Of a DNA stretch of 64,000 bases, positions 1 through 13,320 are shown in pieces; positions within the stretch are counted from its first letter, which is position 1, and every line of letters starts with the position of its first letter. The notes beneath the pieces were generated by a model. The model ran no database searches. It worked only from the letters and a program-made list of their open reading frames with translations, and was not told where the DNA came from. Source of the DNA: Saccostrea cucullata (taxonomy: Eukaryota). A program made the position numbers and the translations under genes. The DNA is taken from NCBI RefSeq assembly GCF_032062105.1, contig NW_026920047.1, positions 62,001 through 126,000 of the forward strand, written 5' to 3'.

Positions 1-639
1 TTTCATGTTTAATAGCAGAGATTCTCTCTATTTAGATAATTTTGAATGTTTATGTTTTCGTGTGATGTCACAATTGATTTCCCGCACTGAGAAAATGCAA
101 ACATGAAGCGTTTTTATCATGCTTACGTCTAATTCAACAATATCCTGTGCGATATTGAAGTAAGCTTCAACTTTCGATATTTATGCAGTTAATTATTATG
201 ATGAAGGACTGACAATCAATCGTAAATTTAGAAATATTTATTGACAGACTTTTTCAAAAATGAGGTTTTAGTTGTTGAAGCTGCCTTGAAAAATGCAGAA
301 ATTATCCCACCCATATACTATATGAAATTAAAACAAATGCTTTCAGATAATTTAAACACTATAAATATTCTCAAATATTTGAGTATATAGTGTTATCTAA
401 CTCATTTATTATTTGTGCAAAAAAATTCGCATGATGGACTCCGTTATAGGCCCGTAAACATGAAGTATCTAAACTCCATACAAACTCTATACAGGGCGGT
501 ATTTGTGAGGCGATATCTTTTTAATAAGTCAAAAAATCCCATGATAGGACTGTTTTAAAATGTTAAGTACGTATTAAATTAGTAATTTAAAAAATACGAA
601 AAAAATTCATTGACAGAATTTTTTCCTCCTTAAATTGGT

Positions 640-988
640 TTTGTGCTTTTTCACTAAATGCATGTGATATTGAGCTGATGTTTGGTATGTGAGTGTATCC
701 TGATGAGTTACATTTTCATTTTGCTTCATTGATTTTGACAGCACACTGTATTACAATCTTTTAATTTTAAAGGGTTTTCAGCATTTTTTTTCCAAATGCT
801 TGCAAATATTGAGCTGATTTCTGGTATGTGACTTTACCTTGATGAGTTATATATCAAGTTTGCATTTTGTTCCACTTCAAATATTATTTTTGGAATTATG
901 GCATTTTTCAATTTTAATTAGGAACTAGATTACACCTGCTGTTAGGGGACTGGTATTGCTAAGGCAATACTGTGAGAGTGCTTGTTTC
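640..988. mobile_element. 3' part of a Helentron-associated (HINE-like) non-autonomous element with two internal core repeats
   Basis: Repeated motif atattgagctgat..tggtatgtga..t..atcc/ccttgatgagtta at about 668 and 807; terminal hairpin gtattgc-taag-gcaatac followed by gcttgttt, typical of HINE 3' ends. Confidence 0.45.
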
Positions 989-1090
989 TTACATTTACTT
1001 AACCATCTAGGTTCTTCATTTATTGTGACAGTTTAAACTTACATAAATATTTCTCTTGTCAACATTGACATCACGTACTGTGTATCAGTT

Positions 1091-1488
1091 TTTATCCTGC
1101 AACTACCCCTTGCATTGACCTAATAAAGGTAACCTAATAAACCAAAGCTTTATCCGGTCACTGCCCTAATAAAGCCTCTTGCATGTATTCCGACGCTCTA
1201 AAAGCATTGTGACGTCATATATATATTGCAATGTTTACGCCATGGCGTCATAGTTATAACTGCAGAGATGTGCCTAAATATGTCAAAAAATAGCTACTTT
1301 TGGATGTTCAAATGTAAAGAATATGTTGCAGGATAAACAAAATACATGGAAACTCACAGTCTTGAAATATAAGTGATATTTGGGCTCGGGTCGAAAACGT
1401 AAGAGGGCTCGGCAAGCCTCGCCCTCTATCACGTTTTCTTACCCTCGCCCAAATATCGCTTATATTTCAAGACAGTAACCATGTATTT
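1091..1488. mobile_element. Non-autonomous element made of a looped inverted repeat plus an adjacent ~150-bp palindrome
   Basis: tttatcctgcaac (1091-1103) / gttgcaggataaa (1325-1337); long imperfect palindrome 1340-1488 centred near 1413. Confidence 0.6.
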
Positions 1489-2533
1489 TATATAAATACA
1501 CCTGGGTGTCTTCAAGATTTTCATGTACTGTTTGATTGTTAGTATCTCAGTAAAAATTTTTATCCATGGTTATACTTTTTCATTGCAAAAGTTTTATTTT
1601 TTTCACTTTCCCTTCGTGATTTTCAGCAACAAACAGATTGTCATTTGTATCTGTACAAAGTCCTATTGGATTATTTAATCCACAGTTTATGTACCGGAGG
1701 AACTGTCCATCCTGGTCTATGATGTGAACACAGTCATCGTTACGATCAGCTGTAAGGATGTGACTCTGACTGTTTTTGGTGATTCCTCGTGGATAGAATG
1801 GTAGGTTCTTTGGAGTTGGAGTATGTCCAGTGTACCTGAATCTCAGTTTCCCGGCCTGATTGACCACCACTACTGCTTTAGCTCCCCAGTCAGACACACA
1901 GATATCCAGGTTCCTGTTCTCAGTTATGTAATCAGAATTAAATGAATAAAGAGGTTTATCTTGATCATCAAACTGAATGGTTTGTTTCTCTGTGGAGCCA
2001 GAGTAACAGACAACTTTTGTTTGTTTGTTATCATCACTGATCATGATAACCAGAAGGTCACCAGAGGAAGTACTACAGACACCGCGAGGTTTCCAGTTCT
2101 GTAATCTGATCACCTCATCTATCTTCTCATTCTTCACAATGATCACAGTTTTATCATTGTAATCAGTATAAACTAGATCTCCACTTTTTGTCATGGCTAT
2201 ATTCAATGGATTGTTCCCTGACTTGGTTCGGATTGACTTGAGTGGTGATCCCTGATTGATGCTGTAGAGTTTCATGGTGCTGCCATTTCCACTCGTCCAG
2301 ATTTCTTCATCACTCACACAGGCCACATTGTAAAGTTGTCCATACCCAGTGTCTGTGGTGGAGGCAGTCTCTGGTTTATCAAGCAGCTGTTTGACTGGAG
2401 GAGAGGATCCAGCTTCTGGTGATTTCTGTGTTGTCTTCATGCTGTAGCCATGTTTATCTGAAGTTAATGAACTTGATGATAAGGTTCCAAACAGATTACT
2501 AATATCTCCTCCTTGCTTTCTGCCTTGTGTAAA

Positions 2534-3122
2534 GAACTATATGCGGTATTAACCAACATTTGCCCCCCAAAATCAAACTTTGATGGAGTAATATTTAATT
2601 AAGTCCTTAAACAGGGGAGTATATGCTGACTTCAAAGCACTGAATAATTTTATAAGTAATGACGTCATATGTACGTAATGACGTCACAAATATGACGTAA
2701 ATTTCAGTTTTTTATGAATTTTGCAGAAAAATGTACATATTTCGTCGATATTTTAAATAAAAGTCACCGAGCGCATGTGTGTTCAGGATAAATATTTTGA
2801 TACAATGTGTAGAATGATAATATCAATGAAATATGTCAATATTGTTCCTGAACACACATGCGCTCTATAAATTTTAAAGCTTAAATTGTTGAAATTTTGT
2901 CCATTTTGCCCTCTTTCTGAAAAAGAATATAAAATCGGACTAGTTTGTGACGTCATAAAAACAGAAATTGTGAATACACTGCTCTGGAACTATAATATTT
3001 TCTGTTAATTTATATTTCTCGTACAATTTATTGAATTCAGCACATTTCAGGAAGTTTTCAAAATTTGACTTTGGGGGGGGGGGGGGGGGGGGCAAATATA
3101 TGTAATATACCGCATATAGTTC
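2534..3122. mobile_element. Spy-type MITE inserted between AAA and TTT with no target-site duplication
   Basis: TIR gaactatatgcggtat / ataccgcatatagttc; removal restores tgtgtAAA|TTTtggta, matching paralogue C (ggtgtaaattttggta). Confidence 0.75.
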
Positions 3123-3303
3123 TTTTGGTAAAGATGGAAGAATTTTTTCAGGTAGATTTTTATATCTTTCTATATTAACAGATTTTAAATTAAAAAGCTT
3201 TGAAACTTCATTAGACTCTCAACAGTACAGGATGTATTGATTTCATCCTTGATGCCAGACATTGTCTTGTTTATTTCATCCAGTTTTTTCTGTAGAGTTT
3301 GTA

Positions 3304-6282
3304 CCCAGGTAACACAACAACGTTATTAAAACGTTATAAAAACGTTTTCAAAATGTTATAAAAACATTTTCTAAAACGTTATTACAACGTTATTTTGTAT
3401 GGTTTTTTAAACGTTATCATAACGTTTTTCAAAATCATTTTCCTGCAATGTTTTGAAAACATTTTTGAAAACGTTTTCAAAACGTTTTTGAAAACGTTTT
3501 CAGAACATTTCTTATATGTTTTAAATCGTTTAAAAATATTTTACAACATAAAAATCATTGTACTTCCTACAGTTTTAATTAGTTCAGATTTTTTACACAA
3601 ATATAATCCATGAACTGTTGTAAACATCCGCACAGTCAATAAAAGTCTTCTTAACAGAAAAGATTTGTCACAATTGAAATTTAAAACAAAAAATCACAAT
3701 ATCTTCCTTTGAAAATCATGTTTGGCACTTTTGGCATTTGGATCACTTGGACTTCTTTGTTTTAATTCTTCTGAAAAACAAAGATTTAGAGAAAAACTTT
3801 AATTAACAAAATGAATGATCATTCTCGCAAATCATTTTCGTAAAATACATATATACATGTATATCCATGCATTAGAAGAATTAAAACTATATATAGCATA
3901 CATCCGATAAATACAAGGAAAGTCTAAAATTATTTATAAAAAAAAAAATAAACTTTGTTGTTGTTTTTTTTTGACAACAGTGTGTTTTGGGCAAAAGTTC
4001 TATAAAATATATATTGTATACTAAATAAATCTATCTCTGTAGTACATTCTTGTCAGGAAACTTCAAACATACCTTAAAGAAAAAATACCCTGGTAAATCC
4101 CTCCAGCATGGTGTGCCTAAGCAAACCTTATTATGTCAAATTCCTCTCACTACATGTGATCTTTTAAAAGGTATATTTAGTCTTTGCAAACAGCCGCTGT
4201 AAATGAAATATGATATTTATTTCCAAGAATTGTAAATTGTGAATATATACATGATATTGAATATAAATACAAATCATTTAACATTTTCAAAGAAGTATTT
4301 AACTTGATAAGCCCCCCCCCCCCACACACACACACACACTTACACACACTCCCCCTCGCAAACATACTCGATTGTGATTTTCATATAGAAAATTCATATC
4401 ATTTTTTCTTCGAATGCCCATGTTATGATGAGCAAAGAAACACTCTTTTTCACTGTATATCTAGTATAGACCTACAAAATCCTATTCCTATTTCCCTAAA
4501 TCTTTTATTATTTGGTGATAGTAGTATTTCATATGCAAAAAATATGAAATTATTTGATTGTGTTCACAATTATATATCACAAACCAAAAGGTTTCATAAA
4601 TGAAGTGTAACTATGTAATACTTATTCCAGTTTATGTCTTAAATTAAATACACATTCATTGTATGTTTATAAATTGCTGTAGTTCTCATTTTTTCGATTC
4701 AGTTCATTTCCACATTTATAAACCGGTATTCATTTGTTGTTGTTTTTTTTCTTTTTCTATCTTTACTCATGTATCTTTCTTTCCCCTATGTTCTATTTAA
4801 AGTTGTGTCAGCTATATATAACTTATTGGTCATATATAAACCTGTTACTATATGTGTATTAATTAACCTTGTACCTTTGGAGAGGGCTCATATAGGCTAT
4901 GCCTGCTGCCCAATCCAATTATGTATCTTACATAATAAAATATGTTCAAATCAAATCAAACATACTCGATCTATTCAAATCATGTTTTGAAGCTCTAAAT
5001 TTTAAAATTTATCTCTTAGCCTGGGGTTATTATACTACACATGATTGACATGAAGTACACATTAATAAAGAAAACTCACACTAGACACAAGTCATAAAAC
5101 ATTTATGTAAATGCACAATCATGATAAACTTAGATGATCAGTTTACTTCAAAAACAACAAATTACCCGCCCAGTTCAAATATCAGTGAAATGTTCAACCA
5201 TTTACAAGGAATGATTTAGGCTTATACATACACTTACTACTATAATACAATTTCTTAATATATGTATACATATTGAATATTACTTAAAATTCAACATATC
5301 ATACGATGATGTAAAATATTACCTTAATCCTGTTCTTTGTCTTTCAAAATGCTGCCCGGTTTTTCAAAATCTTGATAATTTGACCTATATAGATCACGTG
5401 GAAATAGTTTGCAGCAAGGAGCGAGCGCTAACCACGGCATCCCGCTGTGCGACTCAATTAACTTTTGATAAACACATTATCAAGGAGGAAACAACACAAG
5501 TGAAAAAAAAATGCACTTTACTTTGTTGAACTACATCACATCTTAGAAAAATACATTAAAAACGGCTTTTAATACAGTTTTTTCACAATGTTTTAGGAAT
5601 GTGGCATAAAACAATTAAAGAAGAACTGAATTTAATGAAAAAAAAAAATTTGTCCAACCCCCCCCCCCCCCTCAATATGCTTTAAAAGACATCCCCAAGT
5701 AATCAATAACAAACAAACAAAAAAGTAAATGCTAAATCAGTAAATGTATTTTTTTTAGAAATGAATTATATAGATGTTTGTTGTTTCTATAACGTTTTAA
5801 CAATGTTTTCCAAACATTTTAAAACAATGTTATATTCATGTTTTCTGGTAACATTTGTACCTAGAATTAATTACAATTTTAATTCAATTTAATTTTTTTT
5901 TAAATTTGAGTAAACACAATACACCACATACTGTGCAATATATTCTTAATATCATACTGTAGTTTTTAAGAATATTTTTCCCCCAAACAATGGAATGTGA
6001 AAACACTTTTTACTATGCTTTTTAAGTAATAAAAATTATTCCTAATATCATTACATGTAAAAATGTTATGCAAAAATGTTTTAAAAAAACTTCCTTCCAA
6101 CCAGTATCAAACGTTATGAAAAACATTTTAAAAATGTTTTTGAGAAACGTTTTCTAAAATCGTCATTATAACCTATACAAAACGTTATAAAAACATTTTT
6201 CAAACGTTATGTCAAAAACGTTTTGGAATAACATCCTGACAACCCGAATATAATGTTATGAAAACGTTTTGTGCTACCTGGG
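3304..6282. mobile_element. Non-autonomous DNA transposon, CMC/EnSpm-like, with TA duplication and subterminal AACGTT repeats
   Basis: TIR cccaggtaacacaa / ttgtgctacctggg; TA at 3302-3303 and 6283-6284; many aaacgtt repeats at both ends; removal restores codons TQL|QTL of gene copy A. Confidence 0.8.
4373..4956 (+). mobile_element. 5'-truncated LINE 3' end nested in the EnSpm-like element
   Basis: Encodes ...ENSYHFFFECPCYDEQR...LLLFGD...TKRF (LINE ORF2 C-terminal Cys/His motif); aataaa then (tcaaa)n tail; 14-bp TSD caaacatactcgat at 4359-4372 and 4957-4970. Confidence 0.8.
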
Positions 6283-7229
6283 TAACTGTGTGTTTTTCAT
6301 CTCATCAACTTCAGCTTTAAGTTTCTGGACAAGTTTGTCAATTTCTCTGAGCAAGTCCTCTCCATGTTTTGTTATGGCTGTTGATAGATCTCCATATTCT
6401 TTTTCTAACTGACTCATTTTGTTTTGTACATCAGAGGCAATGTCCTGGTAGGTGGGATAAATTGTCTCGCGTAATTCACTTTGTTCTTTGATAATTTTAT
6501 CCTTTTTTTCATTTACAACATTTAAGATGTCAGAAAATTTATGACCTAGATGTTGATCAGAAGTAAGGCACTCTGAACAAACAGAAAGTTCACATTGTTT
6601 ACAGTACAATATACATTGATTGTTATGCAAAATACATGAAGGGTAGAGGGGAGTGGATTTCCTGGCCTGAAATTTGACGACTTTGTGGTCCTTGGATTCA
6701 TCAGAAATCATGTGTTCTCCTACACAAGCTGTACACAGGTTGACAAGACATGTATCACAGTGCATCTGTACCACAGCGGTCTCACACAGGTCACATCGCA
6801 TCACATCCTGGGCACTGGTACGAGGGTCCATGATTTAATAAACCTAGCATGGAAAAAAAGGCATTTCATAAAACATTTTGATATCACTTCAATAAAATAA
6901 ACAGTGCCAAAAAAATTACCAGTGATCAATAATTTCTCATTTCTCAGGCATTGCTGCATCAGGACAAAATCTACCACATGAATCATTGAAAAGGGAAATG
7001 ACTCAAATTTCTAGATTTCAAAGTTAAAAAAAAATTTAATTACATGTATTCACCTTTTCACAGGTGCTTAGATTTTTGTTCTTATAAGTAAACAATATAT
7101 TTCTTGTTAATTTATAGTATTTAATGCATTAAATTTAAAATAAATGTTTGGAATAAAAATTGCAAATCTTTAATACATATTTTATTTAATGAGAACAAAA
7201 ATTTAGAATAAGTTGATATCATCAATGTT

Positions 7230-8118
7230 GCCTGCATGGTGCAGTGGTTAGAACGTCTTACTCCAGAGTTGCAAAGTAACGAGTAAACCCTTACATCGCA
7301 GGTTCAAATCTCACTGTGAGACATGGAGACCGCTCCTTTGGATGAGACTGCATATAAAGAGCTTAATTCGGTAATAACCAATATTTGCCCCCCAAATCAA
7401 ACTTTGATGGAGATATATTTAATCAAGTTCGTAAACAGGGGAGTATATGCTGACTTCAAAGCACTGGATATTTTCATAAGTAATGACGCCATATGTACGT
7501 AATGACGTCACAAACATGACGTAAATTTCAGTTTTTTATGAATTTTACAGACAAATGTACATATTTCGTCGATATTTTGAGTAAAAGTCACCGAGTGCAT
7601 GTGTGTTCAGGATCAATGTTTTGATATAATGCGTAGAATGATGATGTAAATGAAATATGTCAGTATTGTTCCTGAACAAACTTGCGCTCTATAAATTTTA
7701 AAGCTAAAATTGCTGAAATTTTGTCCATTTTGTCCTCTTTCTGAAAAAGGATATAAAATCGGACTGGTTTGTGACGTCATGAAAACAAAAATTGTGAATA
7801 CACTGCTTTGACACTATAATATTTTCTGCATTTATATTTCTTATACGATTTATTTAAGTCAGCACATTTCAGGAAGTTTTCAAAATTTGACTTTTGTGGG
7901 GGCAAATATATGCAATATACCGCATATAGTTCTTTAACAGAGGTCCCTTGTCACAGTAGGTGCTGGCTGGCATGAAAAAGATCCCTCACTGCTCAATACG
8001 GCCGTGCATGAGTGTCGAGTTTAGGACAAAATTTGTAGCTCTCCATCGGCAAGTGGAGGCATTTCTATATGAGTGAAAAAATCTTGAAAGGGACGTAAAC
8101 AACATACAAAATCAATCA
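7230..8118 (+). mobile_element. tRNA-derived SINE with Deu/Nin-like core, split by a MITE
   Basis: A-box tggtgcagtgg, B-box-like ggttcaaatc, core tttggatgagac...acagaggtccc...aaaagatccc, aatc tail; homologous to 19434-19730. Confidence 0.7.
7359..7932. mobile_element. Second copy of the Spy-type MITE
   Basis: Closely similar to 2534-3122 over its length; again flanked by AAA on the left and TTT on the right. Confidence 0.8.
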
Positions 8119-8693
8119 GACGAGTCTTTTTGTTTGAACGTCTGACATGAAGAAAAAGGTATAACACCACCCCCCAAAAAAAAGAACTTTCCTGCCGCTA
8201 ATGTATGAAGGGTGATCAAAATTTTTGCCAAACTAATTTAATAATTTCCATAAAAGAAACCAAATCAGGTTTTAGTGTTTTCTTCTGAAAAGTAAACTTC
8301 TCTTTTTATATTACATGTATACCATATATGTATACATGCCTCTGTTCCACCCATAGTGGAGACAGTCACATGATATGCTCCATCATAGCATACTCTTCAC
8401 ATCATCTCAAAGATTTTCCAATGTCCTACCCGGCATTTTTTCTCAAATATGTTATTTTGATAATAAGAATAATCCACGCATTGCAAAGTACTGAAACACA
8501 AGTCCCTGAGACAAGCCATTTTTTTAGCTTTAAATAATCCTTCTTTATGGGTATAGAATTCACATAAATATTAATTTGTAGACTAGTACATGAAGTTACA
8601 ATGCATAATCATTTTTTATTCAGTTTATATATTTAAAAATTATCTTATTCTTATAAACAAGATTTATCAAATAAATTCATCCATGAATATTAC

Positions 8694-8825
8694 CTGCAGA
8701 TTATAATGGCACCTGTCTTGTCAAATACTTGTACAATGTCTATCTCTGATCTGTACAGGTATCACATGATCCACCTACCCGTGTTATCTACCTGTCAGAT
8801 ATATTTTACTTCCTGGTCTATGTGT
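8694..8825 (-). promoter_or_regulatory. Probable non-coding first exon / core promoter of gene copy A
   Basis: Donor CAG|GTAAT at 8693; acceptor AG at 6844-6845 just upstream of the ATG; motifs tcacatgatccac and acttcctggtctatg shared with 36971-37018. Confidence 0.5.
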
Positions 8826-9049
8826 ACTGAGGATTTAAATTAGCACTCCTTTTCTTACTTGGCTGAATTCTTATTCATTGTTATTATAAACTACTAGTAT
8901 CAAGATTACTTCTCTTAAGTACATATATTTTTTTAGCTGAAATTGATAATTAAAAGTGAACATTCAATATAATTTATTTTTAAAACTTATTAAAGTAGCC
9001 AGCTGCCTTGTTCATATAATTTACGTACTGAATTGATTAATGAAAATTT

Positions 9050-9530
9050 ATTAGAAGGTCATTTCCCAAGGAATATACATGTGATGTAAGAGATCTTATT
9101 GTTATAACTGTTCAAAAGTAACTGCCAAGGTTATTTTTTTTTACCAAGAGGGTTTAACTCTAAGGCCAAGGTCGAAAGGTCAAAAATAGTTATACCAATT
9201 GAAAGGTCTTGTCACCATGAATACACATATGAAGTATGAACGCCCTAACCACCAACAGTTCAAAAGTTATGACAAAGTTTACTGGTTAAGGTTTGGTATT
9301 TTTTGTAAAAGAAGACCAAACTCCAAGGTCAAGAAATAATATTTGGTGGTACCAAAAAAAGGGCCTTTTCACGTGGAATACAAGGTCTGTGAAATATGAA
9401 AGCCATACCCAGTCCAAAATTATAGACAAGCTTAGTTAAAGTTTTTGTAGACAAACACAAATAGATAAACAGACAGATGTACAAAACAAAAACTCATCTA
9501 CCCACAATTTCTCCATTACTGGGGCATAGT
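9050..9530. mobile_element. Degraded HINE/pearl-like element
   Basis: Repeated aaggtc motifs in diverged core repeats, (acag)-type microsatellite near 9450-9478, terminal ggggcata. Confidence 0.45.
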
Positions 9531-9557
9531 AAGACACCTATGGAGAAACCAAACCCA

Positions 9558-11000
9558 TCAATGCTCAGGTCTGTATTGTGTTATAGTACAAGTGACACCG
9601 AGCCACTCAAACTCAATGCTCAGGTCTGTATTGTGTTATAGTGCAAGTGATCTCATCTGATTCCACCGAGCCACTCAAACTCAATGCTCAGGTCTGTATT
9701 GTGTTATAGTACAAATGACACCAACACACTCAAACTCAATGCTCAGGTCTGTATTGTGTTATAGTACAAGTGATCTCATCTGATTCCACCGAGCCACTCA
9801 AACTCAATGCTCAGGTCTGTATTGTTTTATAGTACAAATGACACCAAGTCACTCAAACTCAATGCTTAGGTCTGTATTGTGTTATAGTACAAGTGACACC
9901 AAGCCACTCAAACTCAATGTTCAGGTCTGTATTACCGGTATACATAGTCATATATATTATCTGTATTGTGTTATAGTACAAGTGACACAGAGCCACTCAA
10001 ACTCAATGCTCTGGTCTGTATTGTGTCATAGTACAAGTGACATCTAGCCACTCAAACTCAATGCTTAGGTCTATTTTGTGTTATAGTACAAGTGACACCA
10101 AGACACTCAAACCCAATGCTTAGGTCTGTATTGTGTTATATTACAAATGACACCGAGTCACTCAAACTCAATGCTCAGGTCTGTAATGTGTTATAGTACA
10201 AGTGACACCTATCCACTCAAACTCAACGCTCAGGTCTGTATTGTACATAGTCCTGTATATTATCTATATTGTTTTATAGTACAAGTGACACCGAGCCACT
10301 CAAATTCAATGCTCAGGTCTGTATTGTATTATAGTACAAGTGACACCGAGCCACTCAAATTCAATGCTCAGGTCTGTATTGTATTATAGTACAAGTGACA
10401 CCGAGCCACTCAAACACAATACTCAGGTCTGTATTGTATTATAGTACAAGTGACACCGAGCCACTCAAATTCAATGCCCAGGTCTGTATTGTGTTATAGT
10501 ACAAGTGATCTCATCTGATTCCACCGATCCTCTCAAACTCAATGCTCAGGTCTGTATTGTGTTATAGTACAAGTGACACCAACACACTCAAACTCAATGC
10601 TCAGGTCTGTATTGTGTTATAGTACAAGTGACACCATAAACCACTCAATCTCAATGCTCAGGTCTGTATTGTGTTATAGTACAAGTGACACCGAGCCACT
10701 CAAACTCAATGCTCAGGTCTGTATTGTGTTATAGTACAAATGACACCGAGCCACTCAAACTCAATGCTCAGGTCTGTATTGTGTAATAGTACAAGTGACA
10801 CCGAGCCACTCAAACTCAACACTCAGGTCTGTATTGTGTTATAATACAATTGACACCGAGCCACTCAAATTCAATGCTCAGTTCTGTATTTTGTTATAGT
10901 ACAAGTGACACCGAGCCACTCAAACTCAATGCTCAGGTCTGTATTGTGTTATAGTACAAGTGACATCAAGCCACTCAAACTCAATGCTCAGGTCTGTAAT
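9558..11000. repeat. 55-bp minisatellite, about 25 units, with two recurring insertion variants
   Basis: Unit caatgctcaggtctgtattgtgttatagtacaagtgacaccgagccactcaaact (e.g. 10681 to 10736 period); variant with tctcatctgattc near 9651, 9774, 10509. Confidence 0.95.
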
Positions 11001-12336
11001 GTACATAATCGTATATACATGTATAATACAGCATTGCTGTTGCACTAAAGGTGCATAGCTACATTGCATAGCTGCATGGTCTCAATTCTGATCGATTCCT
11101 GCAATTGTCGGGGGTTTCCGTCCTTAAACCACAAAAGTAGATCTATTATTTCCAAATATCCCGTATATCGAATTCGGTTCTTTAAATTATCCTTACTTTT
11201 AAATTAATTATAAAGAATAATTATTTTGAGGCTAAAAAGGGGATTTAACAGTAAAATTTAATGCAAATAATTCTATATAATAAATGCTTATATTTGTATG
11301 AACATGATACTTCAGGTACAAGGAATCGGTCCTACCTTCAAACTAACGGTCAATCTACAGAACACGTCCCTCAGTCAGCCCTCCACCAGTCTACTGATTA
11401 CGTTCTTATAAGAAGAAAAACTGTACTCCTTCAAAAAATCCTTCATTGAGGTCTGTATTCTTCCATAATTTTCATTTCAAACTAAGATCTTTTTAAGAAA
11501 TTATATTTTTTGTTGTAAAATTACAATGTATGATCAGATGAAATCGAAACATTTTTTTATACTAAACGTCTTTCAATGTTTATCAGGTGCCTTTGCTGGT
11601 TCCCGGCCTGAACTATGCCTTTGAGACATTTGTTGAATGTTTGAGTGACAAAGGGGTCTCAGACAATATCAAGGTATGGGGACAGAAATTAATTAAGATT
11701 ATATAGTGAAGCAAACAATCTGTGCATAAAGCATATGGTGGGTGTTACCTATCAACAGATCTAAAGAATGCTTACTTCTAAATGGCACCTGATCCCACCT
11801 CTTATGTATGAAGAAGTCTCTGTTTGCTCTGCTCCGAATTCATACTGTTGTCAATGGACTTTGAGCTTGACAGTACTGTTTATCTTCATATTTCATCATG
11901 ATATAAGATGCCTTCATTGTATTTGCATCTTTGAATTTTAAGCGTTCATGAGTCATATTGTTTTAAAATAGACTGCTACTTTAAGATTTAAAATTCAAAC
12001 TTTTAATTGTTGCACAAAGAATAAAAAATGGCAAAAAACCTTGAATTTGCTCTATATTTATGACCTGCTTTGGTCAGGCCTTTGTTTTGAAGGAAGGTTC
12101 CCAGGTCCCTTTAATTACTGGGGTAATTAGCATGCCTGCACTGATGTGGAACCTGTGTCTAAAGTCTGCACCAAGAATGAGGATCTCTTTGAATAAACCG
12201 TAAAGACTGAATAACTTAACAGCATGTCATAGAAATAACATTGTAACTCAGATACTGGAGACTTGATGCATGTAGTGTTGAAAGTAACATTAGGAATATT
12301 ACATTTTTTAATATTTCGCAGAATAGGTAAAAAATA

Positions 12337-13161
12337 CGGTGGTATACAGTGTATTTAGGACACGCAATTATTTTTTTTTTATTGTCAGAAAAAAATTATC
12401 TTGTGAAAACGACATAATTATCTTGTGAAAACGAGATATTATCTTGTGAAAACGAGATAATATCTTGTGAAAACGACTTATTATCTTGTGAAAACGTGAT
12501 AATATCTTGTGAAAACGAGATATTACTAGTATCTTGTGAAAACGACTTATTATCTTGTGAAAACGAGATATAATCTTGTGAAAACAAGATATTATCTTGT
12601 GAAAACGACTTATTATCTTGTGAAAACGACATATTATCTTGTGAAAACGACTTATTATATTATGTCGTTTTCACAAGATAATATCTCGTTTTTCACAAGA
12701 TATTATCTCGTTTTCACAAGACATTTTCTCGTTTTCACAAGATATTTTCTCGTTTTCACAAGATAATATCTCGTTTTCACAAGATAATATTATTTTCTCG
12801 TTTTCACAAGATAATATCTCGTTTTCACAAGATAATAAGTCGTTTTCACAAGATATTATCTCGTTTTCACAAGATAATTATGTCGTTTTCACAAGATAAT
12901 ATCTCGTTTTCACAAGATAATAAGTCGTTTTCACAAGATAATATCTCGTTTTCACAAGATAATAAGTCGTTTTCACAAGATAATATCTCGTTTTCACAAG
13001 ATAATAAGTCGTTTTCACAAGATAATATCTCGTTTTCACAGGATATTATCTCGTTTTCACAAGATAATAAGTCGTTTTCACAAGATATTATCTCGATTTC
13101 ACAAGATAATTTTTTTCTGGTATTAAAAAAAAAATAATTTCGTGTCCTAAATATACCACCG
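12337..13161. mobile_element. Foldback-type MITE built of inverted arrays of a 21-bp repeat, TA duplication
   Basis: Termini cggtggtata..tttaggacacg / cgtgtcctaaatataccaccg flanked by TA; ttatcttgtgaaaacgagata arrays switch orientation at about 12658. Confidence 0.85.
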
Positions 13162-13286
13162 TAAAAAATGACTAAGAATTAAATTTATTTATTGAAAAAT
13201 AATCAAAATTAAAGGTACTGACGGAATACATGCTGAACTCTGCCAGACCTAGTAAACTCTAATCTATGCAAAACAAAAAGGAAACC

Positions 13287-13287
<1 letters not shown>

Positions 13288-13320
<33 letters not shown>

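Larger units (their letters stand above)
1580..6831 (-). pseudogene. TRIM-like B-box/coiled-coil/NHL-propeller gene copy A, disrupted
   Basis: N-terminal ORF 6831-6283 (two B-boxes, coiled coil), middle piece 3301-3123, C-terminal piece 2533-1580 (propeller). Interrupted by insertions at 3304-6282 and 2534-3122; an extra frameshift near 3220-3235 remains after removing both. Confidence 0.9.

Noticed and set aside
9558-11000. CRISPR-like array
   Set aside because: Units are contiguous tandem repeats with no unique spacers, no cas genes, eukaryotic context; the overlapping short ORFs are repeat translations
12396-13137. ORFs with SFSQDN / LVKTT repeats as repetitive proteins
   Set aside because: Products of the 21-bp repeat of the foldback element, open on both strands
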